Assembly (NCBI GenBank): GCA_030248215.1
Contig: JASANG010000611.1
Coordinates: 186,001-250,000, forward strand
DNA from: Enoplolaimus lenunculus
Lineage: Eukaryota
Length of the DNA: 64,000 nucleotides
Direction: 5' to 3'
Part shown: piece by piece, positions 25,192-39,800 of the stretch
How positions within the stretch are numbered: the first letter of the stretch is position 1
How the letters are laid out: the number at the start of each line of letters is the position of its first letter
The notes under the pieces: model-generated
Databases searched by the model: none
What the model was told of the DNA's origin: nothing
The model's input: only the letters and a program-made list of their open reading frames with translations
Position numbers and translations under genes: made by a program

Positions 25192-28100
25192 AATTATAAT
25201 ATTATTTACTTTAGGTTTCAAGTAAAATATATAAAGGGCCAAAAGCACAACACAAATCTTTGCTCACGATCGAACAAAAAGTAAAATTAAGTTGGCAACT
25301 ATATGATTTCTGAAAACGTTTTCATTCCCAGTACAAATAAGCCGAAATCGAAACCAAAACCAGGATTCCATCGGAACGTTGTCAGCCACCAGGCTATCAA
25401 CCAGTTGAACATGCGGGAGCGAGGCGGACCAATATTTTCAACAAAGAGAGGTATATGGGGATTATTTATACAAGCAGTATTAAAACTTTGGCCCATGTAT
25501 AGAACAGGGCCGGATCGTTTACCGCAGGGGCTATAATAGTCTTTAATTTTTTGCTTAGGCTTAGGCTTACGCCTAGGCTTAGGCTTAGTAATATGCTTAT
25601 ACTACTGTTCCGGCCCTGTTCTATACATGGGCCAAAATTTTTCTACAAGGACAAAATTGTACTAGGGGGCTGCGCATCGTCCGGCTACGTGCTCGGTTGA
25701 CACGTCATACACCTTCATCAAAATACTCCAATGCTGAAGAAACTTTAATTCGGGCTGAAAATTGATTTTCGAAAACAACGGAATAATCGAACGATATTTA
25801 CACCATAAAACAGCAAAAAATACATTAACAGCAAGCGAATACACAGCTCTTATACTGTTATCTTGTTTTGAGTAAACAAACAAATTTGTATACAATACAA
25901 CCAAATGCTTTAATATAGAACCCAACCCAGGTATACGGATACGTCAGCGGCGGTCGGTAGGTAATAGTGACCAAAGTTTCATGGCCGAGACTTTGGCAAT
26001 CGAAACAGGTCTGTCTGTAGCCAGGTGAACATGTCAGCGGGCTGACAAATTTTTAATATGCGCACGTAAAGATTTTAGATGACTTACAAAAGCCAAGTTC
26101 ACACTTCTTTAGGGTACCCTGAGCACACTGATAAGACGGGACCGCAGCACGGGGGCTCAGCCTCCACTGGAAAAATTTAGGCCCCTTCAATAATTTTGAA
26201 CCTTGCTTGTGAGTCAATGAAAACCGTTGCGTGCCCCTCCTGAATAATATTTAGCCCCTTCTAGGAATGTGGAGTAAGCTGGAACGTATAAAAAAGCCTT
26301 GTTTATGAATCAAGCGAGAAAACAGATGCATAACAACGTATGCACATAATGATTGGTTTACACGCGGTGATTGTGTATTTATTTCGGGTGCGTACACAGT
26401 TTCCAGCAGGGCGTGAGCAAACACCCTCATCCTACAATTGGTGACCCCACACGTACGTAATATGGACCCCCATCCTAAAACTACTTTGAATCAAAACCGC
26501 CATAGTTTTGACATACGTCTTGCTGGCTAAAGTGATATTTCGGAAAAACTGGTTTGGCGCTGTCCCAAAGAGCTGGCAGCACGCCAAAACAATTAATTGA
26601 CCATAACTCGTTAGCAGAGCCGTAGCAGCCACCCCACACACCCTGTTTGGGACCCCCATCCTGGCCAGTTAAAACAAAAACCGCCGAAGTTTTAAAATGG
26701 TCTGGCTTCTCGCTCGTTTCGCTCGCGAGTTTGGGAGCGCCCACCCTGGTGTTTGGGAGGAACCTTCACCCCTACCTTGCCCGGGCACTGCTCGTTAGCT
26801 ACTCGTCTTAACTAAACTACGAAAACTTAAACGTCATTCAGGTGAACTCTGCAAGCTGCATCAAATCCCATACAATTTGCCTATAACTTTCAAACAAATT
26901 TTTGGGTGCTAATTAATGCATCATCCACTTCAATATGCGCCCGACTTGTGTAAATCAAAAATGCCTTTTTCCAGCTTGAGTTTAAAAAGGGTAGCAGTAG
27001 GAAATTAAAAGCACGAAAGTTGTTCAGTATGTAAATCGAAACATTTGATAGAATGTACTAGGAATTTGACTAACACTTCAATTCCAATTTCCCACTTTCG
27101 AAATTAAACACGAGAAACTTTTTAATTTCCTAGAACGATGCATATTACTAATCCTAAGTCTGACCAAAAATTGTGTGTAAAGCTTAAGCTTACACTGTTG
27201 CAGTCCCGCAGAAAAACGTTCCGCCCCTGATCTTTAAATGGTCCAAACTATGTTAAAATATACAATCACAAAATTACAGGAATCTTTCGAAGTGCAGGAA
27301 ATACTTAGGTCATATGCCGCAAGTTTAACGTTATATAATGGTTGAAACTTTTTCTACAAAACATAGTAAACTACTTTTTGTTTATGATACCTTTTCGGAA
27401 ACATTCAGTTGAACAGCAGTGTCTTTTACAGAAGGTTTCGCTCTAAACTTTAAGCGTACATTAATATGGGGCCATGTTACTTTGATGGGCAAGCCATTTT
27501 TCCGCGGACTATAGTAATTGGAAAGCTTTAGACAAGAATTTTTGGTTCAGGCCTTGGCTTAGACATAGATTTAGTCATAGGCTTAGGTTTTAAAATAATT
27601 TTATACTACTGTTTCTCCCACAAAATAACATTGGCCCTAATCTTGAATGTAATTTTACACAATATACTAAATTCGTTTTTTCAAACTATTGCTTTCGAAC
27701 ATCAGATAAACGATGTTTAAATAAGTTATCAGCGTTAATAATACGTTTCCAAAAATAATTTAGTGCAACCCTAAATAAGTTTCAATACAAATCAAAAGGC
27801 TTTCAATACAAATCAAAAGGCAAATATATCGAAACTTTATATCCGTTTGCAAATGCCCCAATTGTTAGCACAGTTTCACAATCGTCACTTTGCAACAGTT
27901 TAATTAACTCAATTCGAAACAAAACGTTCGACAAACAACTGTTTTTCAGCGTTAATTCGAAATTTTTCTTCAGCTAGAGAACTGGTTGCTTGTGAGTTTA
28001 CGACAGTAAATATTAACTCACTCTGAGTTGAGTTGATTCTCACTCTGAGTTCACTTGAGTCCGGCTAAGTTGTATAAATTAAGTCAGACTGAGTTTTATT

Positions 28101-28883
28101 GACTCAGAATTCTGAGTTCTGAAAGACCTAACTCAGACTGAGAGTGATTCAACTCATTCTGCGTTAAAATCAACTCACTGGAATTTACACTGTAGCAAGG
28201 ATTTTGGTTTGGACAATGGCCACACCAAACGTATAATATAGTCTGCTTGAATTAATTGAATTTTTCTAACACATATTTTTAAGTTAAAACTAAAAATTTT
28301 CAGAACCATCAATCACGGATATACGCATATTTACTTGAGTGACCCGAATAAGAGGTGGACTGATAATTATTTGCCCTCTCCAAAGTGTACTTCTTATTAT
28401 TCGATTACGGACTGTCATGTATTTTAACCCGCCGTTTGCCGCCCTTAATACTGATATATTATATCCAGTATTGTAACTATCCATTGAATTTAACGTTTAT
28501 TTGTCTTGTATTAAAAGGTTGAGCGAAAACACCAGGTTATACTTAGGAATGTACTTTAAAAACTTAAGTATGCTTTAAAGTTTCGAACTCAACTGTATTA
28601 TGTCCTAGACTCATTTATGCGCTACAATTAGGGATAATTGACATTTATAGCCTCTGATTATACGGTTCAGGGACTGTATCCACTAACGAACTCTTATTAG
28701 GGATACGGAATCCTATTGATTGGGACTCAAAATGCTTCCCTCTTATTACCCCTACCTTCCCCTCTTAGTTGGGTCACTATAGTATATTAATGGAAATATT
28801 GTTTTTTGCAGCCACCACAGGGGCCAACACATTGTTGGCCCTACTTTTGACTACACCACTGATCTTGTGAGCAAACGCTCATC

Positions 28884-31800
28884 TTATAATCTGCTGTTCA
28901 TTTCGCCATTCATACTGTGCATATGATTAGCATTAGGCTGGCTTAAATCAGCGTACGCGGCATTATTTGTTTTGATGTCACCGACTTTAACGTTTCGAGT
29001 AGAAGACTTTGGTCCTCCAGATTCCATCGCTGCAGTACTATAGGTATCTGTGCCCCCGTCTGCACGAGCGCCGTCAGATTTCACTTGGTCGAATGCTTCT
29101 AGCAACGGTTTGCCGTGTGTTTCCGGCAACAAAAATACATCGAGGATAAATGTTGTAAGACACACGATACTGACGACAAAAAACGGTAGCGGTCGCCAAT
29201 GATGCCGGAGCAACAGAATCTGAGGTACTGAAATTAATTAAATAAATATTTTTTAATTTTCAATTCAAAAATGGGTCTGTAGCCGGTGGAGCTCAGTTCA
29301 CCGTAAAATAGTTTGGCCCCCCTTAAAAAATTTTACCCTACTTCTAAGAACTGTGCACTCCCTGCGTTCCTCTCTCGAAAGGCTACGGGCCGGAACACAA
29401 ACGGAATCTTTGCGGCATTTTAGATCAACTTGTCCAATTTGGCAACCGGACATGTGAACCGAAATGCCTGTACGTAACTAAGACCGCGTACTCATCGCAA
29501 ATCAGATTTAAAGGAAGCAAATTCTAAGTTAAACAGTACCATGAAGCTGTGTCCAAGAAAATTTTTTTCGGATGCGGTGGAGGTCGAACTCGCGATACTG
29601 AAAATTTGTCCGATATCCAGTTCTGACATGAAATTTTATATTTCCAAGTTTGAGAACTTAATATGTTCGATTTGGCGAGACAAAGAAATTTGTCAAACAG
29701 AATTGTTTAAATGCTACTAAAACATCGGCTTGATGCAATCGTGTGGCTTGATGCCTGCAACAAATCTGTGTTGGAAGGGAATATCTTTTTAATATCAAAC
29801 TGGAATAGACACTTATAGCTAAAATATACATTTTTGAGAGTGTTTTTCGCGATGTTTATAAGATTCTTGTCTGTCTCAATGTATAAGAGTAAATGTCATA
29901 TATTGCATCTCAACCGGGAAAATGTTTTAATCGTTTTAGCAAGTGATATTTAATATTTTTCTGTCCGGTTCCGTTAGTGGCAAAAAGAGGAACAGTATGT
30001 TTGCTCTATGACAATTGGCTCTTAATATGGCTTCGAGTAATGGTTTAGGCGACAGGTTAGACAGAGACAAGCCTTTCGTAAGCCTAAAGCCTGAACGTGA
30101 AAGGGTATTACAATAGGCCTGCAATTTACCCAACATCGCCGAAAACGAGCCAACAATTCCAAAAAATGACCCGGCAATGTTGCGCAAAACAGTTGGAAAC
30201 AGTTCAACCGAGTACAATTGAACTGTGATTATGAATACGCTGACAACGATCAAAGCTGCGATTTGCGAGAACACTGTATATAAAATCTGAAATGGTAAAA
30301 TTAAACTTTACAACATATGCAAAAATACTTTCACGACGTGAAAAATTAAAAATGCATGATTCTCACGCATTACTATTGTAGTGACCACACAAATAACAGA
30401 GGGTTCACATTTTGACTACCAATCATTTGGAGTCTGCATGCCTTATTAGAGTCCATTAGCGAACAGACCCCTACGTTCTAATTAGAATCCATAAATGGGT
30501 CTAAACGAGAATACATATGCTGCTAAAATCTGTTGTGGACATTCAACAAAAATGCTCCTATGCAACTAATTCTGCCCAAAAGAAAGAATATGAAAAGTCT
30601 GGTTTGGGTGCTACTATGGAGTGAATTAAATATGAATAACAGTTCGTAATCGAATAACAGGAGAGGTACTCTTAGGAGAGGCAAAGTAAACATGAGTCTC
30701 CCACTCATACGTGGGTCACTAAAGTAAATCAATATCTTCAGCGACAAGGTAGTGGGCAAGATTTTAGTTAGGAGCGTATAATGTCATAAAGGAACTAGAT
30801 TATTCTAACGTAGCATTCATCTTGCAAATATATTTTCAGTGCTTTTTTATACTACGGTTTATAGGCGGTAATTGGAATTCACAACAGTTTCAGTAAGAGC
30901 AATTCACACAATTAGATAATGCCATGGCGCAAAGCATGTATTATTTTCAACTGCCCGATGATAAATTTTATTACCGTAGCCGGAGTCGAAATTCAATTTT
31001 CTTTCAAAGCTGATCAAATTACAGACCTACAATTCAGCCACACAGTATTAGCATAATTCTGTATCTTTTTTACACTTAACACATGTCCGTTACCTTCAAT
31101 TTTGTCTGCTGCTCTGCAATAAAAATGATCGAATTTCCGGCGTAGCAAAACAAAACTACTCCCAGCGATGTTAGTAGCCAAATTTTTCGACCAATTTTAG
31201 GCGCTTTCCAGTCCAAGAACACGATTGCAAACGGGACCCATAGCCTAAAATTTAAATTTGGTAAATTAAAAATTTTATTGTCAGTTGAAATTATGATTTT
31301 GACAAACTCAATTTTGTGATTGGATGTCATTCTTTATTCAAGCTATTCTGTTACAAAATTCAACGTAGATTCAACCTCAGAGATGTGCAAATCAAGTGCA
31401 TATTAGCTAACAAAAAACTAACGAACAGAGTTCAATTATCTATAACAAACCTGAAACCTTATCAATACGTAATTTGGGCGGGTCTTTAGGGTCATTCCCA
31501 TCAGAAAGCATTGGCTCGAAAATTTAAAAATTTTGAAATTTTTTCTTATCTTAGCTTCTCATAAAATCCCTTTAATTATTTCACAAATAAAATTGAATTT
31601 TTGAAAATTTCGATTTTGTATTAAGATTCTAAGATCGTCGACACTGTACAGCTGAATCGATTGCTGTTAAATTTTATCAGTCAAACAATTGGTGAGGAAA
31701 TACGAAAAGTTTAACACCATTTAAATTTTCTAACTTTCTTGACAGTGGATTTTTTGCTCCCTAGTGCACGACCTTAGGACCTTAGAAATTGAATATTTCA

Positions 31801-34800
31801 AAAATTCAAATTTGCGTATGAGAAACTTTAAATATACAAAAACGTTCAAAATAATACTTTGCAACATTTGTTTTCTGGAAGTTAAGATGTATTGAATGCC
31901 GCATTTAAAATTTTAAAAATGGCACACATGAAGTAGAAAGCATAAGCACTGAAGCACTTTCGTACGGTAAAGATATATTGCTGCTATACCTGCACTATGA
32001 GCAACTAAATACAATAATGTACGAGCAATACACACACTGTGAGCAGTGTTGAACATTTATAACATATATGCGCAGTGTAAAATCTCCGCAAGACGTGAGA
32101 GCCGCCTCGGGCTCGAGCGTCAAGCTCCTATAGCTCAGTGGTCATCGTAAACGCCTCCCACCCGTGAGACTGGGGATCGAATCTCACCTTGAAATTACAT
32201 CTCATGTGAAATTGCAAATATTCAAGTGAGAAAGGGTTAATAGGAGAAAAAGTCATCTCGACTAAAAATAAACGACTACTAAATTATGTGGTATTTTAAG
32301 GATGGTGCTTGGTATAGAAGAAAATTTAGCCAAGTTATGCACCAAATTTAAAAGAATTATGAAATTTCGCATAAGTTGTAGCATAATTTACGCCGGACAG
32401 CATTAAAATAATTAAAAACTATAGCTTACTTCTAATTAGGTACAAACCAGATATATTTATTTGGTAAGAAAATTTTTAGTGTCAACAAGGCTTGAATTCA
32501 TGAGCTGCACACACACACCTACCTGAACAAGCCATGCATAGCAATGTTAAGATATGTTCCACCTTCAAGCCTGTGAATATCGTACAGAATAACTGTTGCT
32601 GCCATAACATTAACAGATATGTGAAAACACTAAAACGGTACAAAAATATGATTCAATAATGTGTTCTTAACACGACCCACAACCAGTAGGTAACCAAAGT
32701 CCGCTAGACATATTTTGCCTCCGCCCAGAAAAGTTTCAGCCTCGCATATAATTCATGATAAATCATTTTATGCACCGCCTTTGCAACGGGCTCGTTAGTA
32801 CGGTAAACCATCCAAAAGATTTAATTGATACACTTTCTGTGTGCCAAAAAATTTCCAAACACGTCTTGCGTTTTAGCCCTGAGACGTTCATAGATTGGGA
32901 GCCACGGAATATGTTGAGTAGCGAACGATGCTTTTGAAAAGTTCTCACGTAAGAACAATGCGATACTTGCTTACACGTATATACCCAATATTCGATGCCA
33001 ATGTCCGTAATTATAAGAAATTCAAGCTTTTTGTTTTCGTATAAAGAACCACGATGGATAACAGCAACTCTGACCGATATAGTTCGACTCGAAGCATTTT
33101 TTCTATTTTGTTTTATAATTTTTTTTGCTTAATATAAAAGGGGTATATATCCGCTTAATGACCTCCCCCCCTTGATCGGCCGATGTCACTGTTGTCCAAA
33201 AAGTTATCAAAGATTCCTAACTTACCTGTAAAATTGTACGAATTGCAAGCGGCAGCGTTGCAAACAAGTGATAAAAGTTGTACGGAACTTTGTGATCAGT
33301 GTCCAAACGATATTCATGCAACGGCTCAGCATCCAATATTTCCAATTCAGCTTTTGGCAGTCGGTTGACCACTGCAATTTTGTGCAACGCGTTTTTGGCT
33401 TGCCTGAAAAAACAAAACATTAATTAAGCCTAAATTTTCAGTGTCTGATTGTCGGATGCGTAGGCAGGATATTGCTTTGAGGAGGGTAGCCACATCAATT
33501 ACAATGGTAAATTAGCTGTTGCTTTAAAGGAAACTTGTCTCAGCTAAGATTTAATTGTTTTACACTAATTACTTTGCCTCAAAGTTATCGGAGTAGTCCG
33601 TGGTCTCCTTCTGGATACGTCCCTGTTAGTTGCACACTAAATTTTTCATATCTTATCGGTCCAAACTGGATTTGAAGCTTTTTGCAAGTATTAAAATCAA
33701 AACTTAGATTTTTCCGAAAAATCAGACCACAATGTTTCAGTTTTAATATGTGACTTGTTCAGTTTGCCAAAATCTTACTCATATTTTTTCTTTTGAATTA
33801 ACCAACGTGGACTTTCAACGAGCATTATGATATACAGCAACACCAGCGGCGTGCAAATAACTGCAACAGTTAGCAAATAATGACGCCAGTTTCCAGTCAA
33901 GTATCCAATAAGTGCATTACTGCAATAGGCAACACTCCATTGTGTACATACTGCAATAACGCTTCGATATTTTTTCGTTACCTAAAGCCACAATGACAAC
34001 GATACAACATGGGCATCTGAAGGCATCTGCAAGAAGAACCAGCTACAATGTTTATGAATTTCATTAACCCCTTCTCACAATGAGTTGCCTATAGGCAACT
34101 TAGCGCAGTCCCGTTGTATATAAAATATTGACAGGGCAATTTAATTTTTGGAGGAAGTTGAATTTTATGCAACGCTCGCAGCATAATTTACAACTTAGCT
34201 GATTTTAGAAGCTTCGTCACGCGGTGTCTTTTCACCGACATAGGATAGTTTTTATGACCGGTATTCATGTGAACTTATGGAAATATTTTTAGAAGTGGCT
34301 CAAACCAGGCGGCAAAATGTTAATTACGGACTATTGTATTGGTGATCAAGCAGAACATTCTTTCGATTTCAACGCGTATTTTGGTAACTTGGCTTTCGGA
34401 TAAATGTTTCGCCCGCCCTAGTTTGTGACAATATCACTGATAGAATTATTGTTAACCCGTTCTCAGATTGAGTTGCCTATAGGCAACTTAGCGCAGTGTA
34501 TATACGTTAAATATATATATCGCACCGTGTTTAACAATTGCAACGCGTATACATTGTACTAAATCACCACAAGACGTGAGAGCCCCGTCGGGCTCGAGCG
34601 TCAAGCTTCTATAACTGAGTGGTGATGGTATACGCCTCCCACTCCAGTCATTGGAGTTCGAATCCTAGCATAAAAGTAGGTCTCAGGGGAAATAGAAAAT
34701 GTTCATGTGAGAAAGGATTAAACCAGTTATTATAAACATATTAAGCCGTATACAGTAAAACAGGTACATTAACTTTGATCAGGCTAAATCCTAATTTTTA

Positions 34801-36895
34801 TTGCTTGACATCACTTACACTTTCGTATTTCATATTCTGCAGGATTCCGTGCAAATGCATAGTGCAATTGAAAGCAATGTGTGGTGTTTGCAAATTTTCC
34901 GTACACATCACATTTAAGGTTATGGCAAGACTTAGGCTTGGTTCAGGATTATACTTAGGTAAAAGTTTATACAGAGGCTCAGACGTATGCTTACATTTTA
35001 AAACCTATCCAAGCAACCTTTCACTCTGTTCAAGCTTCGAGTCTGTGCCCGTGAATAAATCAATTGTTAAATTGGGGTTTAATTTGACTGCAAAGCTATT
35101 GTTTATAGGCGATGTACAGTTGAAATAAACGGCACCAAGGTTGATGAACCATTTAAGAACACGAAATACCTTGAAAAAATTTCAGCGCCAGTCCACTGAA
35201 ATACACATACGCATCGCCGTAGTCGAGGAATGTTATACACAAAAGCACCAAACTTAAAAAATACATTTCAGTTGAAATTGTCTAAATTCATGCAAGAAAG
35301 TGTTAATTCATAATAACTACCAGAGGCGAATCCAAAAATTTCTGCCGGGGGCGGCTGGCAAATGTTATGAAACGCAATTTTAATCAAGCGTTAATTCATG
35401 ATAAGTATCAAAGGCGGATCCAAAAATTTCTGACGGGAAGGCGGGATTGCACATGTGGCGAAACGCAACATGCTTTATATACCATTGGCAGTGAACTCAC
35501 CCAAACATTTTCTGAATAGAAAAATTGCAAGGCTTTATCACCAAAAAAATTTTCTTATGGGAAAAACTCTAAAGTAGGAGGATTTTAATACCATTTTACC
35601 GCAAAAAAATTTCTGATGGAGGCGTACGCCCCCCTCCCTTTGGATCCGCAAGTGATAAATACCTTTGAATTTGATTGTTTCTTACCAGTTCACTGAAATA
35701 TACATACGCAGTGCCGTACTCGGAGAACGCCATACCAATAAAAGCACCAAGCAACATTTCATACGATACAGCAAACGCGGCGAGATAAGTGAAAAACATC
35801 GACAGACTTAATCCGATGAGAAAAATATACCGGCGACCAATATAATCAATCGCGTGACCGACAACCGGAGTCCACGCCAGACTGACTGCAGACGTTATCG
35901 TGGGAATAAGACGATGCTTATATTCGTTGTCGCACAGTAAATCGAATTCGTTCGCAAAACTGGCAAATTCAAGCGTTCTGCTGAAATTTTTGAAAACAAC
36001 AAATTTACATTTTTTTAAAAAATGTGGCAAAACGCAAACTGTGTAATTGTTGAACATGATAAAGGCTTCTTAAAAGGGATCGGATTTATTAATCGATTGG
36101 ATTAATTAAAAGTTCGAAAAGCGTTGACCAATTTTAAAACGAGACAATCGTTGAAAATTTCTAACGAAGAAACCCGTTGAATGTTTTGAATTGATATGGT
36201 TGAAGGTTGAAGCAACTGTGGTACTCAATGAAATGCTCTGTTCCTGTATAGGCCCATATTAAGTGTAGATTAAAATATGAAAATATCGAAAACTGTTTTT
36301 AGGGAAAGTGTACGAAAACCGAAATTGTAAGTCTTAAATGTTTTTACTGTAGTGAACCGAATAATATGGGTAGGCTACTCATATTTATTTGACCCCTTGT
36401 TTGGGTTACAGACTGTTATTTGTTTTTAATCCGCCCTCCGCCACTCTTCGTTATTGATATATCCGGTACGGCAACTCTCTGTTGAATAAACGATTATTTT
36501 TGCAGTTAACTTGACCTTATTCTGTGTTAATTTTTAGTTTCACTATTGGATTAGTTTGTCAGTTTGAAAACATATCAACTTAGGTGCTATACGCATTAGA
36601 GAATATGAGCAGTTTACTTGAAATCAGTGCAGTTAGCTCGTATGTTGCACATAGTTTCTTCTTCATCGACTCCGGCGTGCTGTGTTTCATTCCAACCGAC
36701 ATCGTTACAAGTCAACTGTGGTGGAATTGTGCCAAGAGCGTAGAATACGGTTGCAATTGAACACAAATACAATGCGAACCATTGTTCCGATACTGTGAGC
36801 ACAATTTGATAAATGCCGTAACCGCCGGCTTTTTGAAATAAAACATCTAAATCTTGTTTCGGATGCTTTGTTGGCTCAGCGTCCACAGGGCCCAT
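28884..36895 (-). CDS. SLC22/organic cation transporter-like MFS protein, 8 exons
   Basis: Exons 36895-36618, ~35980-35686, 33981-33779, 33403-33226, 32629-32523, 31244-31094, 30286-30130, 29227-28884. Motifs GGYGIYQ, EFDLLCD, DYIGRR, YFSELV, VESPRWL, KIGRK, ELFPTVLRN, LLPETHGKPL. Confidence 0.9.
34452..34721. mobile_element. Single copy of the TTAA-flanked piggyBac-like MITE (reverse orientation relative to 446-1368)
   Basis: TTAA-CCCGTTCTCA ... TGAGAAAGGA-TTAA with the same internal sequence. More diverged copies at ~31990-32240, ~34065-34110, ~46185-46294 and ~49745-49999. Confidence 0.75.
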
Positions 36896-39800
36896 TTTGA
36901 TAGGTTGGAAGTTGGGACGGTTGTTGTATTTTAGTACAACATTCGATAAATATATTTATATTTTATTGCAAAACACTACTTAATTACACTAGAACAATAA
37001 TTATTTTAGTGTACTTTTGAAATTGGTTTAAAAAAATTTTCAATTTAATATACAGTTAGCGTAAATAAGCTGTAATCACGAATTTGGGATCTCAATTCTT
37101 TCATTAAATCAGCTCTAACGCGTCTTTACAGGCTGCTGTTAATTGGGGTATCGCGACAATTTATCGCCCAGCAACTCGTCTGCCGACAGCTTGTAGTCCG
37201 CCATCTTGTCAACTCCAACAACTCGTCAACTGACAACTCGTTAATTGACAACCCGCCACCCACCAATAGCTATGACGATTGTTGGAGCCAATAAAATTTG
37301 TCCAGCGGTTTAGGTTAGGGTCGGGTTGCCGAGAGAGGTCAGGACCATGGGTCGTCGGGTTTGCGAGATATCAGCAGTCGACGAGTTATCGGGATACAAA
37401 TTGTCGTAGATTCGTTAAATCAACATTTGTATTCACAGCTTTACAGTGAATTAGGTTTATTAGCGATGATGAACACCAGTTCGTTAGCAATTTTCCACAA
37501 AGTCAATGGCTCTAATAGACACACCTTGTAAACTCTGCGCTGCTATATCACGACCGTAACTATACTGTCGCGTTGCTAAAATTCTTATGTTCTTCCAGTT
37601 ATGGTCATCGAAATTCCGTCCTGCTTTGTGATGCCTCCTATTTATAAACTGCTTCCGTGCCACAGCATCAGACCACAATATAAGGTCTGAAATCCCTAAG
37701 ATTCCGCATCGGCCGGCAGAGCGCATTAAGTTATGGTGTCAACCCCATCTTCAAGGATATAAAATGCTACTCCGATTGTCTTTCATCTGTGAGTATAGAA
37801 ATTCAAACTTTGTATAATAATTACGATTGAAGTTTTGATAACTGGGACATTAAAGAAGTTGTTGTGAAAAGTGCATAAATTTCAAAAAAGACAGTTTACT
37901 TTGATTTTACTTTAGAAAATGTTACAAAACGATACTTGATACAGTACATGAAGGCGGATATAACTGCAATCTCCTGTGTTCCGATAGCGAAATTTTACTT
38001 AGGTATAAAACAACAAATACGAAAGTTACAACGGTAGAAGCTTATTTAAAATTTTCGCCGCTGTGCTCCGCTTGCCGACACCTCAACGAAAAATTCTGGC
38101 GGTACCAATGTCATTTGTATTATAAAACTAACATGAGCGGCGTAGCCAGCGGGCGTTTCAGGTGTCAAAGCCAGCTGTGAGTTCTTTACAGGGATTGTTA
38201 CACACGGCTTCTGTTTGCAACACAAAAAACCTATTCCCAATTTTTCGGGAGCATATTAACCGCCTTTACGTAAAATCCTATCTACGCCTAACAGTGTATA
38301 CGAACAATGGAAAAACGCGCAGTGAAATCTGTTAATTTTGCGTTTAATCATTTGGTTTTGTTGTTTTTGTGAAACCTAACAGTGCGCACATCTAAGATTT
38401 AGTTATATTCCTGCCGTTCACACGGCAACACACCTCGCGGCGACAAATCGTGCCGTACGGCACCAAAAGCAACACAACAGATCAGAAGAACCCTTTTCTC
38501 CCAAAATTACCTCAATGCTACAAGCTAATTTTAAAAAAGCGCAACTTTTACCATAAAACCAGGAAAAAGTTTTCCGCAGTAATTACTGACTCCCTAACAA
38601 AAATTGTGCCGGTGCCGAAGGTTCGTCTCCTGCCGCAATCGGCAGCAGAGTTCTGGTTGTACCCTGTGTAGAGTATGGCTAGTGGCCATGAATATTAGTG
38701 CACTGTAGCATTTATAGCAGGGTCGCTCGTGCTATGAATCCTTACTTATACATGACGGCTACTTTAACTGTAGTTACCCGAATAAGAGGGGAATAATAAG
38801 AGGGGGTCCCCATTTTGAGTGTCAATAAATAGGAGTTCGTATCACTAATAAGAGTCCGTAAGCAGATGAAGTCCCTAAACCCTAATTAGAGTCAATAAAA
38901 GTCAATTGTCCTCCGTTGTAGAGCATAAATAACTTCAGGCCCAAATAAAGCTTAGTTCGAAACTTTAAAGCATAATTAAGTTTTTAATTCAACAGATAAC
39001 TGCAGTACCAAATATATACCAGTACAGGGTACCCTCTAAAGACGCCAAATAAATATCAGTTCCCCCGCTTATTTAGGTCACTACAGTAGGCGGTTTAGAG
39101 CGAAACTATAGCGTTTACGTTTACCGACCCGTCAGAAATTGCATTTCATAATTGTCGTTTGATCCAGCGACGAAATATCGCAAAAATATTCAAAAGAATT
39201 AATACTGCGCAAATACAACCCGGAAGCTCACAGAGCTCAGCAGTATTTATATTCTGGTCGTAAAAAATCTGGTTAACACAACACCTGGTAAAGCAATAAC
39301 ACCAGTTGTAGTTGATTCACAGCATTGTGTTACAAATTGCAACTAAAATCTCATTTTGAAAAACGTTTATGTTTACGGAGGTAATTTGATATTAAAACCA
39401 TGAGGTGTAAGAGCGTATTTAATACTGTATAGATTGAGATATTTCACAAAGTTAGCTGTTGCTGTTTGCAGTTCGCAGTCTCAATTTGACGGTTGCCTCA
39501 GTAAGAGTAGGAAGGGTAGATTACGGCAAGTTTTGAGCAATAAATTTGTCACATAACCTCTGTTGATATACAGTCTGCAATACAATGACAGATCATTGAC
39601 TCTATTTGACGATAAAACGTGGTTTCGACCAACCTCAAATGATACGATTGTCAAAGTATTAACGATGGTTCAGTTTTAATGCAATGTCTTTTATAGCGAA
39701 AACTATAAAGACCACGATTAACGGACCCTACCCTCCATGGTTCTCTATACATGCTTGATTGCATGCATTTCGCAAAGTTCGCGTTTGCATTAAAGCCTGC

